Shown here: piece after piece, positions 12,901 to 24,900 of the stretch
Position numbering within the stretch: the stretch's first letter is position 1
Layout: the number at the start of each line of letters is the position of its first letter
DNA from: Felis catus
Taxonomy: Eukaryota
NCBI RefSeq assembly: GCF_018350175.1
Contig: NC_058385.1
Span: 66,774,001 to 66,838,000 of the forward strand
DNA length: 64,000 nucleotides
Direction of reading: 5' to 3'
The notes under the pieces: model-generated
Seen by the model: only the letters and a program-made list of their open reading frames with translations
Databases searched by the model: none
What the model was told of the DNA's origin: nothing
Program-made: the position numbers and the translations under genes

Positions 12901-15900
12901 CTAATAGTGATCCTTTCAAAATATCTTATTTCACCTCTTGGGGGTTCCCAGTGCTGAAGAACCCTGAAACTTGGTTATGGAAAGTTCTGAATTCTAACCT
13001 GAGCCCTGTGTGGCCAGTGGAATCCTGAGTGGTCCAACCCTTATATGACCCCCTTCCCTTGAGTGCGGCTAAGACCTGTGAATGTAAGCTGTCACTCCCA
13101 CGATGTTATGTTAATATAAAAAGGAGATTTTACAGGTGCAATTAAGGTCTGTAATTAGTTGCGTTGATCAAAGGAGATACTCCCCTTGGTGGGCCTGATC
13201 TTACCTGTAGCAGGGACACCAGAATTTTCTTTAGGGTTCCACTTGTATCAGCTTTGACATCTGATTCAAGGCTCCTGTCAAACACTTTCGAAGAAGAAAA
13301 AGGGAGGAGAGAAAGCAGATGATTTCATTTCCCAGAAGTATTTTGAAAGGAACATTCTTTATCCAAAGTCAGAACAGAAGGTCACTTACACCTTTGGTAG
13401 GCTTCTTTAATGGCCATGATCTCCTAGGAAGGGTAATAAAACAAAAATCAATACTCCAAGGTGGGGTTGATCAGTAGGAGACACAGAGATACACAGGGAA
13501 GTGGCCAGAACCTGTCTCCGGACACAGGATGCCTCCGTGACTTCCTCCAAAGAGAGCCATCCTATGGCTCAGGGCCTAGGCCTGGGGCGGGTCCCTGGAG
13601 GTGTGAAGAAGCCCCCAGGTGCAAACATCTCAAACCACACACCAAACACACGCATACATTCTCCTTAGTTAAAAGCAAAACTACCCCAGCTCAGCTAATG
13701 TCTTACTTTGCTGCCTCCTCACTCCGTCTCACGCTCCCATCTCTACTCAGGTGGCTAGTGTCACACAGTGGGTATCTTCCCAAGCATTTGTCCTTGCGTT
13801 TATATACAGATAGGTGTGCTACTGAAAACATATAGAATTGTTTTGTGTATGTGTTTCCAAAGTGGAATACTGTATGTGTTGTTCTTGGACTTATTTTTTC
13901 ACTCAGTAATGTGTCTTGGGGATCCAGCTACGCTTATCCGTAGTCACCTAGTGTTTTTTAGGTGGATACAAAACGTCCCGGCCTACAGCAAGCCACGGTT
14001 TATTTAGCGAGCCTCGGATGGATGTACATTCAGGTTGCTTCCAATTTTTTCCCTACTGGACACAAGGCTTCATGCAGTAAACAATGTGCTGCGTGCAGGG
14101 CTGCAAGTTTCTCTCTGGGGTGTGTACTGGGAAGATGTGCTTTGTGTTTCAATGACTCAGGCTAAGTGGCCCCGTCAGGAGCTGCCTCAGTTTACATTTA
14201 GGCCAGCAGTGTCTAGGAGCAGGCGTTCCCCAGATGTTCACTGGCAAACTGTTTAAGAGTTAGCAGCAGGCCAGGGAAAAGGCAGTGGGGACAGTGGGCC
14301 GGGGGGAGCCTGGGGGGCCGGAGGATGTGGGAGTTGGTGGGAGCTGATCACTTGTGGCCATGAAGCTCTTTCTTTTCTTCTCCTTCTAACCCACTTCCAG
14401 GATGTGCCTGAACCCAAGACCTGCTCTCTCTCACTTTTCTTTTTATTGTCAGATCAATTTGATTGTGGGGGAGAAAGAGAGCTTGTTTGTTGTTTGAGAG
14501 CAGGGCTTGAAAGAAACTAGGCTGAGGGGGAACCACATGTGGTCAAGTGAGATTAGAAAAATAATGATCAGAACCTTCTTGCCAAGGCAGCCTGCCGATT
14601 ACCCTAATATTGGACGCCTCCTGGCTGGGACTGTGGAGCTTCTGGAAGGTGGGGGACCTCGACCGGGAACACCGTATAACTGCAGGACCGGACTGATACC
14701 ATCCTCCTTCGCTGACCCTTCCTGAACAAAACTCCTTGAAATGGAGGGTTTTTATTATCTTGTGGAAAGAAAAGAAGTCCAGGGATGCTGAGGAAAGGGG
14801 TTCAGGGGTTTGGAGAAATGTGCTGGACCCCACAGACTGAGCGGAAGGAACCAACCCAAGGTCATCTACATGCAAGGCTTTTAAAGTATTGTTTTAGCAT
14901 CAGAGATCTGTTGAAGTTTTTCCTTGCTGTTGGCTCCAAACACTGCTTCTGTTTCCTACCTGGAGGCGTCAAGGATGTTGGGGACTTTCTGGCTTTTTCC
15001 TTGCTGGACTTCCCCCATTCTACATGATGAGTGGTTGCAGCAGAGAGTGGGGGTCTCCAAATAATGATTTGTGGACCCTCTCTACTCGTGATGAATTCCT
15101 TGGCCCTCATGGCTTCTGGAACCAAAGATGAATGAGCTTTGACTAAAGCCTTAACAAAGGCTCTTTTCAGCTCCTGAAATGGCAGCATGTGCCCAGGGAC
15201 AGGGGGAGAGGTCTGCTGATAGAAGTAGATGGAAACCTCCAGGAAGGTGCTGGCAGCCACGAGAGGTGTTCACAGGGATCCCCTCTGCGCCAACTGCTTC
15301 CCTGCCTCTTTATGGTCCTTTTTGTACTCTATGCTAGATGACAGCCATGGACAAGGCAGCTGCACAAACACGCTTAGCCCATTTATTGCATTATTTGTGC
15401 CGAAGACCTGCAAAGTCAGGCTGGGTGGAGGAAAGCAGAATCTTGCCTCCTGCATATAAAACTATGCATTCCTTTCAGAAATACAAAATCTGCATTGACA
15501 CAGCTGTTCTGGAAGGATCTATTCTGTCAAGCCAAAGGCGGAAACACGAAGACTGACAGCCGGAAGATTGGAAGAGGGATCTCTCCTGCACGTGCCAAAC
15601 AGACATGTTTCTGTCCAGACACTTGCTCACCTCACGGATGGAATGTGAGGTCTAGTTTTCCTTCTGGCTGCTGCAACCCTCTCTGATGGGCATCTGGATG
15701 CTCCTTCAGGGGCTGGGGCTGAGGGCTTGGCTGGCACTCACCTTATTGGTTCTTGTGCACAGGACCTCGATGATCACTGCCTCATCTGTGCCCAGACCCT
15801 TCATGGCCTTTTGCAGCTGGCGGGCATCGTACTCACTGGGGCGGTCCAGGAGGGCCAAGGCTGTCTTCTCAAAGCTTCCACTCAGTTCGCTCTTGAACAC

Positions 15901-18900
15901 CTCCTCCAGGTCCTGGAGGAAGATAGCGGGAGCCCTGACTGGGGAATGGCCCAAAGCAGAGGACAGGCTTCCCACTGCATGGCCTCAGGGTCAACAGGAA
16001 GATTGCCAAGGACATATGGGGAAGGGGAGTGAGCTGGGCAGAGCTCTAGTGACATGAGTGACCTGCTCTGGAGGACAGTCGTCACTGTGACTTCCTCTGG
16101 GACTGGCAGAGAGGCAGAGAAGATCCCTTGCTCAGGGCTGGAGACCCCAAAGATGAATCACAATAACAAACAGCATTTGCTGGATAGTTTAGGGTTCAGA
16201 GAGCCTTCTCGCTGAACTCCAGAATAGCCCTGGCAGGAGAGGGGAGAGGTATTGGCATCATTTCTATTTACTGACCTCAAAAAAATGAAGGACTCCCCCC
16301 CAAACACTTGCGCGACTAGAAAGGCCTGAAACATGAGTTGGTTGTCTCTGGGGGATCAGATCATTTGTCATCCAAATTTAAATGGTTCTTGTTTTGTTTT
16401 AGAGAGAGAGTGAGTGGAGGAGAGGGGCAGAAGGAGAATCTCAAGCAGGCTCCACGCTCAGCATGGAGCCCAACGTAGGGCTTGATCCCACACCCTGGGA
16501 TCATGACCTGAGCCAAAATCAAGAGTGAGACGCTCAACTGACTGAGCCACCCAGGCCCCCCTGAGTTGGTTTTGAGAGTGAATGGGGGAAATAATAAACT
16601 AGCAGTAATTACAGCGGCATAACACGAATAAACGAGGGCCACCCTGGGCAAACCAGATGTGTAGTCACTTTGGTTAACTTGTTAAATCTGGACAGGGACA
16701 CACGTGGGAAAGCACTCAGGTAGGGAGAAGAAATGAAATACATTAAGGAAGAAATGAAGTATATGAAATGCCCACTGGCGTCTGTTTTTAGCAAGTGTCC
16801 ATCTTCAAGGATGTTTTTTGGGAGGTGCGGTCTTATAGGTGAACTGCCTGCTCCTACCTGTGTATCTCTGACATGATGGGTTAGTGACAAAAGGGACAAA
16901 AATTGGTGTTCAGTCTAACTAGTGTCACCAATGTCCCAACTTCAGTGAAGGACCTTGAAGAGGGAACCTCGTGTCCAGATGTGGGTCAGACTGGGGACTC
17001 ACGGAGCAGTTAGCAGCTTAGGAACTCAAATTACATCACGGAGTAGGTGTGGCCACTCAGCAATGTGGCATGATGGCTAATGACACGATCACAGCAGCCG
17101 TGTGACCTTGGAAATGTACTTTAACCAATTGTCAGTTTCCTTCTCTGAAAAATGGGGGTCTGATGAGACTCACCTCTTTTTTTTTAATGTTTATTTTTTT
17201 TTTGAGAGAGAGAGAGAAAGACAGAGCACGAGCAGGGGAGGGACAAAGAGGGACGGAGACACAGAATCCAAAGCAGGCTCCAGGCTCTGAGCTGTCAGCA
17301 CAGAGCCCAACTCTGGGCTTCAACTGACAAACCGTGAGATCATGACCTGAGGGGAAGTCCAACGCTCAACCGACTGAGCCACCCAGGCACCCCAATAGAC
17401 TCAACTCAGGGTTGTTGGGAGAATTAACTGAGACAATCCATGTAAAGCCCAAGTCTGGAACACTTTAAATGTTCAGTAAGTGGGTATTATTATTATTCCA
17501 CCCTGAAAGGAACTTTCTAAGAGAAGGCTAATCAATTGTTTCTTTTATGAACCTCTGAGCTCTGAGCCTGGGAAAAAAACCCGGAAGATTTTGCCTAATG
17601 AGTGGGTTTTGCAGTCTTATGTGGGGGCCGTGGTATCACTGCCTCTGTCTTCAGGCAGCTGCTTCATCTAACGCTACATCCTCTAAAGGCAGGCCTTTGG
17701 TCAGTACTCTACAGTGTGGATCCATCCAAAGACTGGAAATGTTTTTTTTTCAGGTCAGATGGGCATTGCGTAGAACTTCGGAGAAGAGAAACCCCAGCTG
17801 CCTACTCTTACAAGCCACAAGCATGAAAACAGATCCTTGTGTGTTTACATTCTGTTTGGACACAGAAGCCGGCTCAGGATATCTCAGCTCTAATCCCGGT
17901 TTTCCGGCTCACTAGCGGTGTCACCTTGGGATGAGAGTTCTCTTTGGAGCTCGGTTGCCATGGGGACTTTGATTTGTCTGTTTCTAACATCTTTGAGCTT
18001 CAGATGTGATTCTAGACCACCTCCTTGGCAGTCTCAACTGTCTGAAACAGCCACGAACTGGAAAGTAAGCAAAGATTGGCACGTGTTGGTATTGCAAAGT
18101 TTGGTGCTAGAGCATGCCTACTTTATCTTTAGCAGAGCGCCTAAGTCCTCACCTCGAACTCATTTACTCTGCTTTACACTCAAGTTTAAGAAGGCTGTAT
18201 CTGACTTTCCATGTCAGTAGGGTGGGGGTACACATAGCACTTGAGAGGCTGCTACAGTTAGGCGTGCCGACAAGCATAAAAGTTCAACGTCATTCAATTC
18301 AATTCCATGCAGCTGAGCTAAAGATTCAGCCTTTCATCAATGTCATCAAGGAATGACACTGACAAGCCTGATTCTGAAGAGAGAAGCAGAAAAACTATAA
18401 AAGTGCAGCCATGTGGGCCATTTAGTGTAGAAATAAATAGCTCCTCTCGTGGCAATGAGTTCTTCAGGAGTGGACATTGGCCCTGGAGTCAGAAGACTGG
18501 GATGGGAGTGTCGGTTCTTTTTCTTACTAAGTGTGTGATTTTGCTTGAGTCATGGAAACAGAGGAGCTCCAGGTTTCTTCTCTATAAAATGGAAACAATC
18601 GTACCTAGGATAGCTTCCCTTTACTGATACATTCTGCCGTTAGCCTGTTCGATTCTCTCAGCAACCTGAGAATTACATTTCATTCTGTATGTGAGGACAC
18701 CAAGCCTAAAGAGATTATTGTCTGCCCAACGTCAAATAAGTAAGAAAACCCATCTCTATATCTATTTATACATGGAGGGATTGAAACTGTAAAGGTTTTA
18801 TAAACATGTATTAAAATACAGCATGATAATTAATATTCATTTTGCGTGCTGATAATTCTAATGACAGTAAAAAGTGGTTAAATTGTAGGGGCACCTGGGT

Positions 18901-21900
18901 GGCTCAGTCGGTTAAGCATCCGACTCTTGATTTCAGCTCAGGTCATGATCTCACGGTTCATGAGTTCAAGCCTCCCATCAGGCTCTGTGCTGACAGTGCA
19001 GAGCCTGCTTGGGATCTCTCTCTCCCTCTCTTTCTGCCCCTCCCCTGCTCTCTCTCCCTCTCTCTGTGTCTCAAAAAAAAAAAAAAACCTAAAAAAAAAA
19101 GAAAAGGTTAAATTGTGTTCATCTTATATTAATAAAGAAAATAGAAAGCCTACTGCATACTTAAATCGATACATAACAACATCAACAACAACAAAACAAA
19201 TGAAAGAAAAGACACATAAAGAAAAAAGTGGTCATGCTTAACGAAATGGCGGTTTTTTTCAGTGTTCTATAACAATCACTTATGAAGAACATATCATTCT
19301 TGAAGACAGATGGATAAATGAAGAATTCTTATATAAAGACCCACCTGTGAAAACTGATTTTCAAGTTATTGGCCTATCTGTAAGTTAGTATGTAGAATTA
19401 TCAATGGGAAAATGACAGAGGGATTACTAGGAAAAGGAAGTCAGTTTTCAAAAGGAGTTAAAGAATATTGATTATATAGGCTATGAAGTTAACAAGGCAA
19501 TTTCAGTTTTTCTGAAATCAATTAAAATTGTAAAGAGTAGTTTACTTTTGTTTGCTCTTGAGTTAACTGATTAAAGCTTTAAAGATATTCTCTGCTGCCT
19601 TGGGAAGGTAGAGAAAGCAGAGACCTCCAAGGCCAAGGCTGTGTGCCCGTTTTCAGGGACGCTTGGAATCACCTTGCCATACGTTGCCTTGTACTTTTGC
19701 TTTATTTGTTGCCTCTCATCCGATGTCCTGCTTGATAAGATTTCAATGATGGCTGCTTCATCAGTTCCTAAAGTGCAGGAGAAAGAGACAAGGCCAAGAG
19801 TGAACAAGAAAGAAGATGGAGGTTGATTTTACTCAATTCCAAAGAAGCTGGGGCATTGGTTAGAGGCTTCAGTGGAGCCTAGATGCATCCCTTAGCTTTA
19901 ATATCTCATGGAGAAGTGTGTTCTTTTCACTCACTTGACAAATATCCATGGAGGCCTCACATGGCATGAAGCACAGTGCTAGACATTGCAGTGGAAAGAG
20001 AAACGAGTATGGCCTTAATTTCACTCCCAGTATTCAAGAGAAATGAAAACAATGGCCACACAAAACTTGCACACAAATGTTTGTTGCTTCATAATTCATA
20101 ATAGCTAAAAGGTTTCTAACAACCTGAATGTCCANNNNNNNNNNNNNNNNNNNNNNNNNNNNNNNNNNNNNNNNNNNNNNNNNNNNNNNNNNNNNNNNNN
20201 NNNNNNNNNNNNNNNNNNNNNNNNNNNNNNNNNNNNNNNNNNNNNNNNNNNNNNNNNNNNNNNNNNNNNNNNNNNNNNNNNNNNNNNNATATATTATTCC
20301 ATTCATATGAAAGTCAAGAATAGGGAAATCTATAAAGATAGAAAGGAGATTAGTGTTTGGGGATGGGCTGGGTAGGGAGGTGACAGCTAAAGAGTAGGAG
20401 GTTTCTTTTTTGAGGTGATGAAAATGTTCAAAGTTGACTGCAATGATGATTTTGCATATCTGTGAGTATATTAAAAACCATTGAATTGTACATTTTAAAT
20501 GGGTGAATTGTATGGGATGTGAATTTACACCTCAATAAAACTGAAAAATCTGAAAAAAAAAAAAAGTATGGTCTGTTCCTTGGCCTCCAGGTACTTAAAG
20601 CTGAGTAGAAGAGAATAAAATATAGGCCCACATTGCTACAATATGAAGCCCACCCTTAAACTTGTCAATGTCAAGAGAGAAGTCCAAATTGGGACCATGA
20701 TGGGTAATTGTCTCTTTAAGCTCCTGNNNNNNNNNNNNNNNNNNNNNNNNNNNNNNNNNNNNNNNNNNNNNNNNNNNNNNNNNNNNNNNNNNNNNNNNNN
20801 NNNNNNNNNNNNNNNNNNNNNNNNNNNNNNNNNNNNNNNNNNNNNNNNNNNNNNNNNNNNNNCGTCATCAGCACAGAGCCCCATGTAAGACTCGAACCCA
20901 TGAACCACAAGATCATGACCTGAGCCGAAGTCAGACACTCAACCAACTGAGCCACCCAGGTGCTCCCTGACTCTTACATTTTTAGATTACACTCTTTCTA
21001 AAAAGTTTTTTCCTCTGATGTTCCAAAAGTACCACATGCTCATTGTAGGCAATTTGATCAGTATCAAAAACTATAATGAATAAGAAATAAGGGGAGAATA
21101 TCCTTTTTAAGAACATGGAGACAGGATTGGAAAGCTGATCCAGGGATTGCAGGTGTGGGAATGAGAAAGTCTATTTAGCCAGCAAACCCTGAATTAGGTT
21201 CTTCAGGCTGGATTCAAGTAATTCTTCTACCCTTATGGACTATATGGCATTGACTGTATATACCATTGACCCTTGAATAATACAAGGATTGGGGTGCCAA
21301 GTCTCATTGAAGTACAATATTCATGTATAACTTTTGAGTCCCCCAGAACTTTAGTACTCAAGTAATAGTCTACTATTAACCAGAAGCCTTAGTGATAACA
21401 TAAAGTCAATTAACACCTCTTTGTATGTTTCGTGTATCATATATTATTATAGTAAACTAGAGAAAAGCAAATGTTACTGAGAAAATCATAAGGAAAATAC
21501 ATTTACAGTACTGTACTGTAAAATTCTGCATATAAGTGGACCTGTGTTGTTCAAGGGTCAAACCTGTTTTGTTCAAAGGTCAACTATATATAGATATCAC
21601 TGAGTCATTAAACCCATGATTTTGCTGATATTTTGTAAAGGACAGGGGTTGAATGAGTAGATTAACTCAGTAGTGCTCAGGCTGACAAAAATCATGGAAG
21701 GTGGTAGCTGAATGATTGGGGTTTGAAAGCCTGCTACAGAATGTAGACCTTTGGCAACAAAGGCACAGGGAGAGTGCCATGTGAGGACGGAGGACTGGAG
21801 AGATGCATCCATAAACCAAGGAACTCCTGAGGCCACCAGAAGCAGGGTAGAAGCCTGGAACAGGTCCTTCCTAGTGCCTTCAGGGGGGAGTATAGCCTAC

Positions 21901-24900
21901 TGACTTCTTGACTTGAGGCTCTGGCTTTCCGAACTGGGAGACAATAAATTTCTGCTGTTTTTAGCCACCTGGTATGTGGTACTTCATTATGGCAGCCCTA
22001 GGAAACTAATGTACCCATTATCCTCAGCAGTGTCTCAAGACTTCAAGAAGGTCTTCACAGCCAGAGTCTGGAGAATCCTGCATTGGCCTTTTCCCAGCCC
22101 TACTCCTAATGGCCGCTCCCTGTGACTAACTAGCATGTGCTCGGTCATTTTTGATTGGAACTGACTTAGTTGAACTTGCGTGATCGCTCCTACCCAGCTG
22201 AGAGCTCAGAATCCCCAAGAAACAAGAGATGGTAGATGCATTTCATAGAAGAGTTGGGAGGAAGAAAAATCTGGGTCATGGGTGTGGGGAAACTGTGGAA
22301 GGGGGACATAACTACAGACAGAGGGACGGGAACAAAGAGACTCCCCTTATTTCTTTGCTGGTGAAGGCTTGAGGTGTTCTACCCCTGCCTCGACCCTGGT
22401 ATCAGTCCTCAAGGCAGTATTTGGGGAGACAGGGATAAGAGAGCTGTGTGCTTGTCCTGGCACAGCCATGAACTTTGTGTCCTCAGACTATTCATTTAGT
22501 CTCAGGGATTAGTTCCACCTTTATAATTCTGGGAAGACCTAGCTGTTTGATTCCAAATGGAGAAATAGAAAATTCTAGGATGAGCTCACCTATAAGAACA
22601 GCAGCGATTAATTGCCTGCCTCGTTCTGGTTCATTTCCAGCACTGTTATTTATGTTGTTCCTCTTAATTTTTTCCTGCTGTTTCAGCTTTACAAGGGGTA
22701 TCCAATTACTTCCTCTGTGACATTTTTTTTTTTTTAACTTTTGAGTGCCAGAAATCTCACCTCAGAAGGGGTTTCTTTTTCTGGTAAAAATCTCTTGAAT
22801 CGGTCCCTTTCTTTCTGTGAGGGCTGCTCCTGCCCAGGTCCAGGGCCTCTGCATCTCAGGTCTAGATTCTTAGAGGTGTCATCCCTAAAAGGAGCCTTCC
22901 TGCTTCCCAGATGGCTCATTCGCTATATTGTGCCAGCCAGAATCTGGGGCTCATCCCTGGCTCGCTCTTTCCCCCCACCCCACTCCAATTAGTTACCACT
23001 AAGACCTCACTATTCTACTTCCTTGATATCTCTCAGATCCACCCTTTTCTCTCCACCCTCACCTCTGTCACATTGCTCAGCAGAACTACTGATATCCAAA
23101 TGGGGTTCCTGCATTATACACACCTTTCCAGACGGCATGCACTGTCCCTAGAATGTGCTTGCTTATGGGCAGCTCACCTGTATCAAAGCTTGTAATAAAG
23201 GGCCCTACAAATCCAGAATAGAGTCTCAACTCTTCAGTGGGGCGTATGAGGCCTTTTAGAGTAGCTCCTACTTGCCTCTCAAAGTCATGTCCCTCCCACT
23301 CATGCTCTTTTGGGTTCTCCATAAAGCACGTGCAGCTCCTAGAACAGGCAACACTTTTCTTTCTCACCTCTGGCTCTTCCTTCTACCTGGAACACCTTTA
23401 TCTTTGATCCTCACCTTCACTCCATTCCTCGTTCAGGACTCAACTCACTGGACTTTTCTGGAACGGAGAAGTCACTCCACCTTCTATGTCCCTCACATGG
23501 TCTGTTCTCCGTCCCATTTCTGCCATGCCACACTGCAAGTCCCATGGGACAGAGAGGGGATTTGCTCACTGCTGTATCCACATAGAAGCCTCTCAAAATT
23601 CATCAGATGACTTGTTGAATGAATGGATATTTAAATTCATGCATATAAATGTGAATGATTGAATGAGTGGAGACGTTTGCATAGCATCATGATGGAACCT
23701 TGTCTCTGCATTCGTGTAAGCTGCGCTTGCTGCTCGGACCAATAGGAAATCTACTCTGATGCCAGAGTCAACCCATAGCAGGATAATTCAGGAAAATTGA
23801 ATTAAAATTTTAAAAATAATGGTTTTTAGATTTTCCTTCCTGGAATGCATTAGAAAGTGAGACCGGAGACCAAGGCCGTCCTGGGATGGCTTAGCGTCAC
23901 CCTGGAGGTTGGGGGGAGAGCCTGGAAATGACTAGATTTCCCTCAAGCTCTTTGAATCTGGTCTCAGGTTTATGCTGGGAGCCTTTCCCACTACTCGACC
24001 AAGAAGTGATTTACTGAACAATGACCTCATTTTACATTTCACAATATGTGTGTCATATAAGCAGTCTGTGCTGCTGAACGGTTTCCTGTAAACATTTACA
24101 ATGGTTTGAGGCACTGGGGCCAGTCCCCAGTAGTTCTGGGAAAGACTTTTTAGAAAACAAGAAGGAACCTCTGCCCCAACTGTACATTGGACACTGCAGA
24201 GTAATTATACAGTAGAGGTCAGGCCCAGGGTGATAATTAGCCTTGGGGGTGCCAGAGGGCCTCCTCGCTTTTGCTCTCCCAGCAATTTTCTGGGAGGAGA
24301 CAGAGCTGAGTTTCAGCAGGATGGAGGCCGCTGGGTGTGAAATGCCCTCCGCTTCACACCGGGGGCCCATGTGCCACGTGAGTGATCTGAGTGGTGTGCG
24401 GGCGGCGGTGGGGTCTCCGCTTTCCCCACAGGCCCCTCATGCCAGCCCCAGGGGCCTGGCTGAGCTGCGGAGGGGGGCGGGCTGTGGGCTTCCCAGTCCC
24501 TCAGTGTCTCCTTTGAAAATGGGAGTGCAGGGAAGGCAGGGGAAGCAACGAGTGGGGGAGGATCTTGCATGACAGGGAGGGTACTTGTCTACTGTGTTAG
24601 TTTCCTGAGGCTCCTATAATAATTACCGCAAACCCTGTGACTTAAAACAGCAATATATTCCCTCACAATTCGGAGGCCAAACGTGTGAAATCATGTCGGC
24701 CACACTCCCACCAGAGGCTCCGGGGTCAAATCTGTGCCTTGCCTGTTCTAACATCCGGAGGCTGCAGACAGTCCTTTGCTCGGCATCTGGAACATCGCTC
24801 CACTCTCTGCTTCTGCTTCACGCGGCCTCTTCCTGAGTGTTTGCTTCTGCCTCTCTTGCTCTCTCTCCTTTTAAAATTTTTATTTATTTATTTAAGTAAT

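Noticed and set aside
15686-16057. 123-aa plus-strand ORF, and similar ORFs at 574 and 19641
   Set aside because: Antisense shadows of ANXA13 exons.
20034-20955. ORFs containing X runs (also near 26.7, 35.4 and 52.3 kb)
   Set aside because: Artefacts of N gaps.
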